Assembly (NCBI GenBank): GCA_965216565.1
Contig: OZ244170.1
Location: 1,312,001-1,376,000 of the forward strand
Direction of reading: 5' to 3'
DNA: 64,000 nucleotides
DNA from: Bythopirellula sp.
GTDB lineage: Bacteria; Planctomycetota; Planctomycetia; Pirellulales; Lacipirellulaceae
Shown here: positions 18,661 to 28,715 of the stretch, one piece after another
How positions within the stretch are numbered: the stretch's first letter is position 1
Layout: the number at the start of each line of letters is the position of its first letter
The notes under the pieces: generated by a model
Seen by the model: only the letters and a program-made list of their open reading frames with translations
What the model was told of the DNA's origin: nothing
Database searches by the model: none
Program-made: the position numbers and the translations under genes

Positions 18661-19624
18661 GCTCATTGAAGATCGTTTTGCAGAGAAGACGACCGCTCAC
18701 ATTCGAGAATTGGCGAAGTCGAGCCCGGCCATGCGGGCTATGTATCTATTCGATGAGGAGCACGAAAATCACCCTGCAAACCGCGATGTCGATTTGTTTC
18801 TCGAAAAGCAACTTACGCAGACCAAAGGGGTCGTCTACAAATATCCTGGGCGAGTGATCATTCTGCTCAGCTATACCTGCGCTGCGAATTGTCGATACTG
18901 CGAGCGGCAAGATCGCGTTGGAGTGGGTCTAGACGCACAAGGTCGGCTCACAGAAGCAGAAATCGAACGGGCGGCTACATTTGTTGCCGAACACGAAGAG
19001 ATTTCCGAAGTTATCTTTAGCGGGGGCGATCCACTAACTCACCCGACGGGCCTGGCCCTGGCGGCGAAGCTTATCGCAGACATTCCTCACGTTCGCATTC
19101 TACGCGTCCACACGCGTTATCCGTTGCAGTTGCCCGAGAGGGTCGATTTCGAATTGATTGAGCAGCTCGAGGCATTGCCACCGACCTTTTATCTTAGCCT
19201 CCACATCGATCACCCTGACGAACTCACCCCAGAGACGGAGCTTGTGATCGAGAGACTGCGGAGAACGGGTGCAATCTTGATCTGTCAGTCCGTATTTCTG
19301 AAGGGTGTTAACGACAACGTAGAAACACTAGCCAGGCTGTTTACTCGCCTCGCGGAATTGGGCGTGCGGCCGTATTACATCTATCATTGTCATCCAATCG
19401 CCACGACGATGCGTTTTGTGATGCCACTTGCCGATGAGATTGCCATCATGAGCCGGCTTCGCGAGCGGATTAGTGGCATCGCTTGCCCTCAGCACATATT
19501 TGAAATGAGGCATACGACAGGCAAGTTGGTTGTACCCACAGATCATTGGGACGTAAACTTGGCGGAAGTAAGAGATTTTCAAGCGAACACGATCGATGTT
19601 GATAAAAGTGCCTTAGAGGTCTAG
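18653..19624 (+). CDS. KamA-family radical SAM enzyme (lysine 2,3-aminomutase/EpmB-like)
   Basis: YKYPGRV, CAANCRYCER, FSGGDPL, RVHTR, HIDHPDE, QSVFLKGVND, RPYYIY and a GK PLP-lysine motif (TTGKLVVP). Confidence 0.85.
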   Translation: MNKLIEDRFAEKTTAHIRELAKSSPAMRAMYLFDEEHENHPANRDVDLFLEKQLTQTKGVVYKYPGRVIILLSYTCAANCRYCERQDRVGVGLDAQGRLTEAEIERAATFVAEHEEISEVIFSGGDPLTHPTGLALAAKLIADIPHVRILRVHTRYPLQLPERVDFELIEQLEALPPTFYLSLHIDHPDELTPETELVIERLRRTGAILICQSVFLKGVNDNVETLARLFTRLAELGVRPYYIYHCHPIATTMRFVMPLADEIAIMSRLRERISGIACPQHIFEMRHTTGKLVVPTDHWDVNLAEVRDFQANTIDVDKSALEV

Positions 19625-19628
19625 CCCA

Positions 19629-20162
19629 TTGATCCAGCCTGATAACGGACTCATCGATTCTTGCTCACACCAAGAGTGTGGGTACGCGTGTTGTGACTTT
19701 GGCGCCAATAATTATATCGCACTTTATCCAGGCGAAATCGCAGAGGCGATTGATCGTGGCCAGTCACTGAGCCATCTCGATTACGTTGCCGATGGACGTG
19801 GGGGCCACCGAGCCGTTTGTCGCGCCAAGGACCGAAGTGATTGCGACGGCGGCTATAAGCCCCTCGATTGTTCCTCGTACCCTCTTTTCCCGGTAGTGGG
19901 AGAAACCGGAATTCTGGAACTTGGGCTCAAGGGGGAGAAGTGTCCGTTACAGCACTTTCATCTCCGCGATCACGGTGCCTGGGTCCTTCGGAAATGGCGA
20001 GAATTATTGGAGACCGTCCCCATGCTCGGAGAGTGGATCCGGCGTACAGATTTAGTGGGATACATCACCTGGAGCGAATCCCCTGAGGTGGCCAGCGCCC
20101 ATGCCTTAAGCAAAGATCCAGACGATGCGCTTGTGAAAGAGTGCTCGTCGGAGTCAAGTTGA
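19629..20162 (+). CDS. Cys-rich hypothetical protein, YkgJ-like putative Fe-S/Zn binding
   Basis: CSHQECGYACC...CRAKDRSDC...KPLDCSSYP...KCPL resembles the CxxCxxCC...P..C..YP pattern; starts 4 bp after the radical SAM stop. Confidence 0.55.
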   Translation: MIQPDNGLIDSCSHQECGYACCDFGANNYIALYPGEIAEAIDRGQSLSHLDYVADGRGGHRAVCRAKDRSDCDGGYKPLDCSSYPLFPVVGETGILELGLKGEKCPLQHFHLRDHGAWVLRKWRELLETVPMLGEWIRRTDLVGYITWSESPEVASAHALSKDPDDALVKECSSESS

Positions 20163-20278
20163 CTATCCTCTTCTTTTCCAACATAGACGCTCCAAAAGCT
20201 TCGGGTTAAAGTGAGGGGAGCGCTACTTAGCCACTTCTTCGAGCCTTATTTTAACTGTCGATCCACCCTCACTGGTTC

Positions 20279-22096
20279 ATGGAAACTTCAATGCATTGTT
20301 GCCAACGACTTGTTTTGCTGCTTACGCTCTCAGCCGCGATAGTGGGGTGCCAGCAAAACGAAGGCCGCAAGCCTGAACTTGACTTGCCTATCGAAAAGAC
20401 AGCCAGCAAGGATCAGCAATCAGAGCAAGAAACAACAACGGAGACGCCTCCCGCCCAATCGGAAGGCAGCAAACCAGTTGATTCGAAGGATGAAGCACTG
20501 CTGATTGAAGTCACCGAACAACTTGGCCTCGATAGCAATATAGAACGCTGGCCGGACGGTGCTCACCTCACTCCTGAAATCACACCCGGTGGCGTCGCCC
20601 TCTTGGATTTCGATCAAGATGGCGATCTTGACATCTACCAGATTCGGCATGGCAAACCTGCCGAGATGCCGGGTGCCTTCCAGGATCCAGCGCCCAACCG
20701 TCTCTTTCGCCAGGAACCGGACGGCACCTTTAGCGAAGTCCCAGAGGCAGCCGGTTTAGCAGATCCCGGCTATGGGCATGGCTGCGCCGTTGGCGATATC
20801 GACAACGACGGAGACGTAGATGTGTTTGTAACAAATTATGGAGCCAATCGACTTTATCAGAATGAGGGAGGGACGTTCCGCGACATCACTGAGCAAGCCG
20901 GCATCGAGGGCGAACATTGGAGTTCGGCCTCCGCGTTTTTTGATTACGACCGCGACGGGCTACTCGATCTGTTTGTTGTGCACTTCGGAGTGTTCGACCC
21001 CACTCGCCGTTGCGATGCAGCGGGAAAACCGGGAACCGCGGATTATTGCGGACCCCACTTATTCCAAGGCGTGACCGACCAACTTTACCGCAACAATGGT
21101 GACGGCACATTCACCGACATTACCGCGGCGGTTGGTATTACAACGGCAGCACGCGGCTGGGGAGTAATTTGTGCTGATTTGAACGCCGATGGTTGGGCCG
21201 ACATTTACGTGTGCAACGACGAAGAGCCGAATCAGTTGTGGATCAATGACAAAGAGGGAGGATTCTACGATGAAGCCATGCTCTCCGGAGTGGCAGTCAA
21301 TGGATTTGGACGCGTGGAAGCAAGTATGGGGGTCACAGTAGGTGACGTGAATGCAGATGGGAAATTTGATCTATTTATGACACACGTTGCCAGCGAGACA
21401 AACACGCTCTATACGCTAACTGGCGAAGACTTGTACGACGATGAGACCTCTATGGCAGGAATGGGGTCAGTCGACTTGCCCTACACCGGATGGGGTTGTG
21501 GTCTGTTAGACATTGATCACGACGCAGACCTCGACCTGGCAATCGGAAATGGTCGCGTCGCTATCGGGCCTGTTCTGAAGGGAGCCGATTTGGGCCCCTT
21601 CTGGAATCGCTATGCGGAGCCGAACTTGCTTTTTCTTAATGATGGATCGGGAAGCTTCTCCAACGTCAGCAATCAGTCCGGTTCGTTTGCTGGCGTTCCC
21701 AGGATGACGCGTGGTCTTGCCTTTGGCGATTTAGATAATGACGGCGATATCGATTTGGTCACCAATAGCATCGATAACCACCTAAACGTATTTCGGAACG
21801 AAGCCCCTCAGCCTGGCACTCACTGGCTTCAACTCAGGCTTATGACAGGCAAACGCGACGCCATTGGTGCCCGAGTGCGACTGACTACCGACTCGGGTGA
21901 ACAAGTACGCTTCATGTTGCGAGCTTACAGTTATCTTGCCAGCAACGATCCCCGTGTCCACTTCGGATTAGGGCAGAACCAGAAAATTAAGTCGCTGGAG
22001 ATTCTTTGGCCCGACGGTGAACAAGAGCGATTTTCGCCGACCGAGATCGATCAAGTGGTGACTCTTAACCAAGGTCTAGGTGAGCCAATTCCTTAG
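20279..22096 (+). CDS. CRTAC1-family FG-GAP / ASPIC-UnbV lipoprotein
   Basis: Lipobox AIVGC; GGVALLDFDQDGDLD repeats; RDAIGA...SYLASNDPRVHFGLG...WPDG. Confidence 0.9.
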   Translation: METSMHCCQRLVLLLTLSAAIVGCQQNEGRKPELDLPIEKTASKDQQSEQETTTETPPAQSEGSKPVDSKDEALLIEVTEQLGLDSNIERWPDGAHLTPEITPGGVALLDFDQDGDLDIYQIRHGKPAEMPGAFQDPAPNRLFRQEPDGTFSEVPEAAGLADPGYGHGCAVGDIDNDGDVDVFVTNYGANRLYQNEGGTFRDITEQAGIEGEHWSSASAFFDYDRDGLLDLFVVHFGVFDPTRRCDAAGKPGTADYCGPHLFQGVTDQLYRNNGDGTFTDITAAVGITTAARGWGVICADLNADGWADIYVCNDEEPNQLWINDKEGGFYDEAMLSGVAVNGFGRVEASMGVTVGDVNADGKFDLFMTHVASETNTLYTLTGEDLYDDETSMAGMGSVDLPYTGWGCGLLDIDHDADLDLAIGNGRVAIGPVLKGADLGPFWNRYAEPNLLFLNDGSGSFSNVSNQSGSFAGVPRMTRGLAFGDLDNDGDIDLVTNSIDNHLNVFRNEAPQPGTHWLQLRLMTGKRDAIGARVRLTTDSGEQVRFMLRAYSYLASNDPRVHFGLGQNQKIKSLEILWPDGEQERFSPTEIDQVVTLNQGLGEPIP

Positions 22097-22205
22097 AGCG
22101 TTTAGCATGTGTTCTTGGGATCGTCAGCGGAAAGACAGCGACTATAATGGAGGAAGCGTGGTTCTTTCCTACTTTTCTTGAGCTCAGAGGCGATTCACGA
22201 CTTCT

Positions 22206-23417
22206 ATGCTATTGCGATCAATCCAGCTAATACTGCTTTCTGTTTCTTTTTTGTTGGTAGCCTTTCAAGCTCCTTTGTCGATCTCGGCGCCTCTCGAAAC
22301 GACGCCGAACCAGTCGGACTCAAAGAGCGAACCGAGGGCAATAACGGAATTGCACCAACAGGCAATTGCTCTCTACCGCGAGGGAGAAATTGCAAAGGCC
22401 GAAACACTGTTTCGCAAGATTCTGAAGAAGGATCCCAGATTTGTCCCGGCCCGATCCGATCTTGGAGCCCTGCTCGTCGGCCAGGGGCGTATGCAGGAAG
22501 GCATGGCTCATTACCAACTTGTTGCCCTCAAGTTGCTCCCAGACAATCCGACTGCTCGTTACAAATATGCACTAGTACTCTTGAAAATGCGTCGCGACGC
22601 CGAAGCAGTCAAAGAGCTGAAGAACACTCTTCAACTAGATCCGGAGTATGAGGTCGCACGACGAAATCTACTCAAGGTCCTGCTCCAGAATAATGAGTTC
22701 ATGCAGGCCTCTCAGATTTCAGCTGCGGGAGTCGAGCTTCATCCGGAAGATGGATCGTTTCACAATGACCATGGTGTCGTACTTATGAAGCTAGGGAAGT
22801 TTCCTGAAGCAGCAAGAAGCTTTCGCAAGGCCGTTGAGCTGAATGCAGAGCATCCCGATGCCCACTACAATCTGGGACTTTCGCTGAACGAGCAGTGGAA
22901 GTTGGAGGAATCAGCCGAGCAACTGCGTGCAGCCCTCAAGTTACAACCCGACTATATTGATGCCCTCTACAATCTGGGGCTCGTGTACGCTCGTATGGGA
23001 GACGTCGAGAATGCACGTGATTCATTGGGGAAAGCGATCGAACTAAAGCCTAATTACTATTTGGCTCACCATGAGCTAGGTATGTTGGCTATGCGAGAGG
23101 AGGATTATCGCACCGCTGTGAGACATTTTACCGAGGCACTGCGCCATCAGCCTGGATCTCGGAAAAGCCAGTATCAATTAGGACTCGTGATGATGAAAAT
23201 GGGCAAACCGAAGTTGGCCATACCACAGTTCCAGGGGGTATTGAATCGCTCCGGAAGCAATGCCGACGCACGTTTCCAAATGGGACTCGCTTTGGACCAG
23301 GTTGGACGCCCACAGGATGCTCTGGCTCAATTCCGCGAGGCGCTCTGGCTACGACCAGACTGGAAAGAGGTGGAGGAAAGAATCTCGCAGATTGAGAACG
23401 GGACTGAAGATCAATAA
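22206..23417 (+). CDS. Secreted tetratricopeptide repeat protein
   Basis: Signal peptide followed by about ten TPR units (AHYNLG, ALYNLG, AHHELG, ARFQMG). Confidence 0.88.
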   Translation: MLLRSIQLILLSVSFLLVAFQAPLSISAPLETTPNQSDSKSEPRAITELHQQAIALYREGEIAKAETLFRKILKKDPRFVPARSDLGALLVGQGRMQEGMAHYQLVALKLLPDNPTARYKYALVLLKMRRDAEAVKELKNTLQLDPEYEVARRNLLKVLLQNNEFMQASQISAAGVELHPEDGSFHNDHGVVLMKLGKFPEAARSFRKAVELNAEHPDAHYNLGLSLNEQWKLEESAEQLRAALKLQPDYIDALYNLGLVYARMGDVENARDSLGKAIELKPNYYLAHHELGMLAMREEDYRTAVRHFTEALRHQPGSRKSQYQLGLVMMKMGKPKLAIPQFQGVLNRSGSNADARFQMGLALDQVGRPQDALAQFREALWLRPDWKEVEERISQIENGTEDQ

Positions 23418-23425
23418 CGGGATCG

Positions 23426-23854
23426 CTATTTAGCATCCGATTGCAAATTGATATCGATCACGTTGCTTCCCTCCTCAATGGTATACTCCAGACCGGAAGT
23501 TTCTGTGTTCCCGTATTGCCTTGGTACCAAATACTCTCCTGGCATAGGCAGTCCTCCACCCTCTGGCTTGACAACCTCTCGTGCAGAAATGGCTACCTTG
23601 TAGTGGCCAGTATCGAGGCCAGTTTCTCTATTGGTTCTCACTTCGTAGCTACCATCGCTCTCAATCAGAGCAGTAGCTCTCATGCCTTGCCCGGAGGGCA
23701 CAAATGCGATCGTCCCTGTGTCTAACGGCACTCCGTCGACTGAAACCGTTCCAGAAACCTGGGCTGGTTTGCCACCGCACCCAGAGAAGGGAACAAGCAA
23801 CAACACTAGAGCAACTGGCAGACACGATGCTGTGAGTGGATGAGGAAACTGCAT
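23426..23854 (-). CDS. Planctomycete small lipoprotein (carboxypeptidase-regulatory-like fold), DUF1559 partner
   Basis: FSGC lipobox; VSGTVSVDGVPL..GTIAF.P, DGSY, G.YKVAI and VP..Y...ETSGL...I.EG.N.IDI.L. Confidence 0.85.
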   Translation of the reverse strand: MQFPHPLTASCLPVALVLLLVPFSGCGGKPAQVSGTVSVDGVPLDTGTIAFVPSGQGMRATALIESDGSYEVRTNRETGLDTGHYKVAISAREVVKPEGGGLPMPGEYLVPRQYGNTETSGLEYTIEEGSNVIDINLQSDAK

Positions 23855-23951
23855 TAGAAACCAACCGTAGAGACGCTATCTTGATTCTCAGGGCCCGGAT
23901 GTGAACCTACACCCGTTGAATGCCTGCTAGATTATCGCCTTTTTCACGCCT

Positions 23952-25082
23952 CTAGGGAAGCTGCGCGACTTCATTTCCCGCCTTGGTAGACAGACTTCGA
24001 TAGAGCTGATGGTCGATTCCTTCTTGGAGAAATCGCACAGACGCGTCAGCCATGGCAAAATTTCCGCCTCCCGGATGAAGGCTTCGAAAACCTCTCACGT
24101 TCACCCATTCCAGCCCCGATGAGATTTCCTCGAGCGAAAGGGGAGAGAAGTAATTGAACTGCATATTGCAACTCGCCCAATCGCCTTCAGAGAGATAGGC
24201 CGTCGAATGAGGATCCTGTTCGACTACCGATTCGCCTACCATAAATGTGCTGCTTAAACCGTCGGTGATACGCTTAAACGGAATTGGGTCGTAATAGCTG
24301 AATTTCCAGAATAGTCCGTTGCAGCCCAGGCTCTCAAAGCAGCCAGGACTGGTGCCCGAAGATGAGTCATTCCAGAGCCCATCTGGGAATGGAAAAATAT
24401 GTTCGAGAATCGTAGTATCACCTGCGACGCCTTTATAATTGGTTACTGCTGAGACAACATTGCGCGTGGCAGATTTGTCTAACCAGGGATACATACCCAC
24501 CCTGGGGAAAGCCGAGGCGTCTGACGGACAGGTGAGCACCGGAAGCTGCCTGGTCAATTCCTCGCGAACTTCTGGCCGTCCCATGCCTCGGCCGTTCCTA
24601 CTGGTGGCCAAGAAGTTCATGTTTGAAGAACTGGGATCATCGAATCCAGGCTTCATGGCTTCGTAGAACGCACTTTGTTCCAGTTGAGGCAAAATCGCCA
24701 CGATCCAGCCGCGACCATTGAGATTGTTCTCTCGCTTATACTCTGACGGATCAGGATTCGATCCCAGAGCCGGATCAGCATAGAACTCACCACCGAACCT
24801 ACCAGTGGTGCTGTCTGCCGCTGTAACGCCATAAGGGAGATGGCCGTTGCTGTTATGGTAGTTGTGGATGGCCAGAGCGACGTTCTTGACGTTGTTTGCG
24901 CACGACATCCGGCGTGCGGCTTCTCGCGCGGCCTGCACCGCAGGCAGGAGAAGCGCCACCAGCACACCAATAATGGCGATAACCACTAACAACTCAACTA
25001 GTGTAAAACCCTTCCGCGAGCTGCCCCATCGTGGAAGGTGTAGATTTCTTTTCACAGTAAATGCACTCTCCAACCAGCTCAT
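23952..25082 (-). CDS. DUF1559 prepilin-type N-terminal cleavage/methylation domain protein
   Basis: GFTLVELLVVIAIIGVLVALLLPAVQAAREAARRMSC; DGLSST..VGE; FRSLHPGGGNFAMAD; start taken at ATG 25082. Confidence 0.93.
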   Translation of the reverse strand: MSWLESAFTVKRNLHLPRWGSSRKGFTLVELLVVIAIIGVLVALLLPAVQAAREAARRMSCANNVKNVALAIHNYHNSNGHLPYGVTAADSTTGRFGGEFYADPALGSNPDPSEYKRENNLNGRGWIVAILPQLEQSAFYEAMKPGFDDPSSSNMNFLATSRNGRGMGRPEVREELTRQLPVLTCPSDASAFPRVGMYPWLDKSATRNVVSAVTNYKGVAGDTTILEHIFPFPDGLWNDSSSGTSPGCFESLGCNGLFWKFSYYDPIPFKRITDGLSSTFMVGESVVEQDPHSTAYLSEGDWASCNMQFNYFSPLSLEEISSGLEWVNVRGFRSLHPGGGNFAMADASVRFLQEGIDHQLYRSLSTKAGNEVAQLP

Positions 25083-25197
25083 AACTGGTAATCTCTTGCG
25101 TGGTTTGGTTTTTCCAACCTGAATTACTAGCCCCAGTTTTTGGCAGAAATAGATGCGGCGGCTATTGAAAAAAACAATAGAAGGAGCCAATCTGCGT

Positions 25198-26643
25198 TTA
25201 GGTGCGGTACCTTCTACCCATTGTGCACATCACCATACCGAAGGCTATAACAATGCATGAGGGTTCCGGAACAGCATTGAGCAACGGTACCGGAATAAGC
25301 GCTATATCGTTTCCGCCTGCTCCATACACGTAAGTAATTGCCCGCCCGCCACTATTCGGAACGAAAGCACCTTCCGGCAGTCCCTCGAATGAGCCGTTGA
25401 TTGCGGTAAGACTTTGATTGTCCACCAGCAGGATATCTCCGAGAGGCGGAGCGTTTGTAGTCAGATCAACAACTAGGCTCGCAGAACCTTCAGACAATCC
25501 GTAGTTGGCTTCATAGTCAGATAGGTCACCCACGTTAGGGTCGGTTTGCCACAACAGGAAATCAAGGCCAGTGACTGTGCCGTCGAGGTCAAAGTCGCCG
25601 GCAATGCCTAGATCATTCAGCCAAACACTGTCAGTTACCTCGATGGGGGTGACTCCACCTGAGTCAGAGGTGAAGCTAAGAGTTCCTTTAGCAATCGTTT
25701 CATTACCAGCTCCTGCGCTGTTGTAGCCCATTTGCAAAGAGGTGGCAATTATTGATGCAGTGCTGCCAGTGATGCTCACCACGCCGGTCGCGTCATCTCG
25801 GCCTACACGGAAGTTTTCGATATCTAGCTGAGCGGTGCCACTTATGTTAAGAGCCCCTTTGGCGCCCCCATTCTGCCCGACATTAAGTTCTGAAAAGACG
25901 TTTAAGCTGCCTCCAGAAATATTGTATTCTCCCTCGGCATCATTTTCGCCGATGTTGAACCAATTAGCGACTTCTACTGTTCCACCGGTCTGATCGAGCT
26001 GGCCGTAACCACCATTGTTGTGGCCCAAGTTCACGGCACCGACTTCCATTAGAGCGTTACCGCTCACCGTTATGTATCCTTCATTGCGGTTGTTCGGGTC
26101 GGGGTGAGGTCCACCTTCAGTACCCACAAGCAACGCAGGAGTGTTATTGAATATTGCACTTCCGGACAAGTTATATCGACCGATTGACGGATTCGATGCC
26201 GAACCATTCGCTCCAATAAATGCCCAGTTGCCACTGGTATTGAGAGTACCGGCCGAGTGATTTAGTGTGCCGTCTCCGCCGTCTCCATTTCCAATACGTA
26301 AGTCGCGAAATGTATTTGCAACTGCAACAGGGCCATTTAAGTCTACAACCGCAGGATTTTGGTAGGCTTGGCCATCTCCGCCGTTATTGGGATCAGAAGT
26401 TCCGACTTGGCCAATGACCGCATCATCGACTTCCGTTGCGCTGCCTGGGAGCGGATTGGTTCCAGGTATCGTGTTATTCTCCCAGTTATTGGGATCATTG
26501 AAGTCGGTAGTACCTGCTCCGCCGTTGAAGACTATCGCCTCTGTTGTGGTTGGAAACAAAAGCAGCAAAGTACAACCAAAGCATGCAGACAAAAAGCACT
26601 GCTTTACTGAATATTTGAAAACACGCAGATTCATTTGATTCAC
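25198..26643 (-). CDS. PEP-CTERM surface protein with Gly/Asn-rich beta-helix-like repeats and a dockerin-like insert
   Basis: Signal peptide; VPEPS + TM + RR tail; GDFDLDGTVTGLDFLLWQ...NYG motif. Confidence 0.85.
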   Translation of the reverse strand: MNQMNLRVFKYSVKQCFLSACFGCTLLLLFPTTTEAIVFNGGAGTTDFNDPNNWENNTIPGTNPLPGSATEVDDAVIGQVGTSDPNNGGDGQAYQNPAVVDLNGPVAVANTFRDLRIGNGDGGDGTLNHSAGTLNTSGNWAFIGANGSASNPSIGRYNLSGSAIFNNTPALLVGTEGGPHPDPNNRNEGYITVSGNALMEVGAVNLGHNNGGYGQLDQTGGTVEVANWFNIGENDAEGEYNISGGSLNVFSELNVGQNGGAKGALNISGTAQLDIENFRVGRDDATGVVSITGSTASIIATSLQMGYNSAGAGNETIAKGTLSFTSDSGGVTPIEVTDSVWLNDLGIAGDFDLDGTVTGLDFLLWQTDPNVGDLSDYEANYGLSEGSASLVVDLTTNAPPLGDILLVDNQSLTAINGSFEGLPEGAFVPNSGGRAITYVYGAGGNDIALIPVPLLNAVPEPSCIVIAFGMVMCTMGRRYRT

Positions 26644-26769
26644 CCTTTATTCCGAGTTACCCGATGAAGGTACTTTTCACAATAAGCATTTGACGAATGC
26701 AGGAGTTCCACCCAGAAGAATCCTACATTGCCTGTAACTGATTCAGCGATTGCTAGTCTGTTCAAGAAA

Positions 26770-26806
26770 CAAATACACTGAAATCCACAAAAGTGGACAA
26801 GAAAAT
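26770..26806 (-). promoter_or_regulatory. Putative ECF sigma promoter, copy 1 (GTCCAC-N16-GTATT)
   Basis: ATTTTCTTGTCCACTTTTGTGGATTTCAGTGTATTTG; 28 of 37 positions identical to the copy at 28716-28752. Confidence 0.65.
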
Positions 26807-26863
26807 CGCAGGGATCTCGATTTCTATCAGACTCTTGGAACCTCTCCGTTCAGCAATGGACAA

Positions 26864-26899
26864 TGGGCTACCTGAATTCTCATGAGTTCAGGTAGCCCA
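26864..26899. terminator. 13-bp inverted repeat (terminator- or RNA-stabiliser-like hairpin) between the PEP-CTERM genes
   Basis: TGGGCTACCTGAA-N10-TTCAGGTAGCCCA perfect arms; no long U-tract. Confidence 0.5.
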
Positions 26900-27032
26900 C
26901 TGAATACCGATATTCACTTCGGATGTGGGCAACCACCTGCATGCTTTTGCAAGAATGCAGCCCTGCCATCATCTCGAGAGCAAAATCTCTAACAAATTGT
27001 CAGCTCAATGAATAAGCAGAGGTCTGCATTAC

Positions 27033-28280
27033 TCAGAAGCTGCTGTTGCGGCGTCTTGTCCACAAACTTGCTCCCACGCCAACTACAAGCAACATGCATG
27101 TCATGGGCTCGGGAACGAGAGCAATATTGTTGCCATCGCCAAACGTGTAGGTGATGGTTCGTCCGTTACTACCAGGTACTGCAGCACCTTCTGGCAGACC
27201 TGTGAACTCGCCGGTGAGCGATCCGCCGACGTCGACCAAAAGGATCGCGCCACCTGGATCTCCGCCGCTGAGGTCAACACTCAGGTTAGCGATGCCATTG
27301 GTTCCCCCTTGAGCATTGTTGAGCGTAACGTTGCCCACTACGTCGAGCACACTCACGCCACCGCCGTCGGAGAAGAAGTTCACGGTACCTGAACTATTGT
27401 TGCTAAACCCACCGTCGTTACCGGCAAGTGATAGTTGAGCTACATCGAAGTTCACGCCACTACCATTGACATTGAGGACGCCGGTGCCATCGTCACGGCC
27501 AAGGCGGGCATTGCCACCGCTGATGGCGGAGGAACCACTAACATTCAAGGTTCCACTAGCACCGCTATTCTGTCCGACAGACAGTTCGCCAAAGCTCAAG
27601 CTGCCGCCGGTCATGTTGTATTCACCTGTGGCTCCACCGGTGTCGCCGATGTTCATCCAATTGCTTACTGCGACAGAACCACCGGATTGGTTCACAATAC
27701 CGATGTTGTTGTCGTTGTTACCAACGCCAAGAGCGTCGGCGTTTAATTGTGCTGTGTCTGCAACAGAAATTGTGCCGACGTTCTCAAGACCAGCCGCATG
27801 TGGCGTGCCACCGGTGCCAGTCAGGATCGGACCACCAAGGTTATTCCAGACTGCGTCGTTTGAGAGATTGTAAGTACCAGTCGACGGGTTGTTCGGGTCA
27901 CCATCCACACCGATGAAGGCCCAACCACCAGAATTAAGTGTGCCACCGCTCTGGTTGACGACACCGACGGCATTATTCAAACGACCAACTCGCAATTCAC
28001 CGATGGTGTCGGTGGTAAGCGGGCCAGAGATATTGGCCGTGGCGTTTAGAAGAGCTCCTGCCACAGCGCCAGGATCAACACCAACATCGATCAGGCCATC
28101 TGCTGCGGAGGGAAGAGTGTTTCCGGTCCAGTTATTGGGATCGTCCCAGTCGCCGGGATTTGCAGTATCGCCGTCGAAGCCGCGCTGAGCTACTGCTGTT
28201 CCGGCGATTAGGCATGTACACATTAGCACAGCCAGCAGTGATGAAAGATTATTGAACAGTCTTCGCTTCATTAGGGTCAC
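27033..28280 (-). CDS. PEP-CTERM surface protein, paralog of 25198-26643
   Basis: Signal peptide; shared segments DPNNW..NT.P, WAFIG, NPS.G.YNLS, EL.VGQN.GA.G, GRDD.TG, GLPEGA; VPEPM + TM + RRR. Confidence 0.87.
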   Translation of the reverse strand: MTLMKRRLFNNLSSLLAVLMCTCLIAGTAVAQRGFDGDTANPGDWDDPNNWTGNTLPSAADGLIDVGVDPGAVAGALLNATANISGPLTTDTIGELRVGRLNNAVGVVNQSGGTLNSGGWAFIGVDGDPNNPSTGTYNLSNDAVWNNLGGPILTGTGGTPHAAGLENVGTISVADTAQLNADALGVGNNDNNIGIVNQSGGSVAVSNWMNIGDTGGATGEYNMTGGSLSFGELSVGQNSGASGTLNVSGSSAISGGNARLGRDDGTGVLNVNGSGVNFDVAQLSLAGNDGGFSNNSSGTVNFFSDGGGVSVLDVVGNVTLNNAQGGTNGIANLSVDLSGGDPGGAILLVDVGGSLTGEFTGLPEGAAVPGSNGRTITYTFGDGNNIALVPEPMTCMLLVVGVGASLWTRRRNSSF

Positions 28281-28715
28281 CCTCCAATCGTTTGAAATAG
28301 GCTATCAGCCATGAAAATCAAAACTAAAGATACGAAACTATTAATTGCCTCGGAAACCGTGAAGGCTCCAAGCATGTCTGCCATCGATTCTTATGGTGAA
28401 CAAAACCAGACAAGTTTGCCCTGAAATCTAACTTCAAGACACATTTGCGAGAGGCACACGACTCGTAAAGTTAAGAAGAGACGACTCTAGCACTTCACTT
28501 ATGTACCTATCTATGCATCTTATACTGAGAAAGCCCCAAATCTTCCCAGGAAAAACTCAAAAAAGTCGCCCAATCCCTGAAACAAATTTTCACAGAGGAT
28601 GTTAGTGCCACATAAACACTATAGATTCGCAAATTTTGTATGGCATCCGGAGATTGCCGTGCAAACAAAGAAATACGGCCCAGATTCAGAATCAACAGAA
28701 ATCAATCTGAAGTGA

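Noticed and set aside
10564..22096. Recurrent GAC/GAT-rich DNA repeats as a possible CRISPR or tandem array
   Set aside because: They are coding FG-GAP (DxDxDGxxD) repeats with no constant repeat-spacer period; no cas genes were seen.
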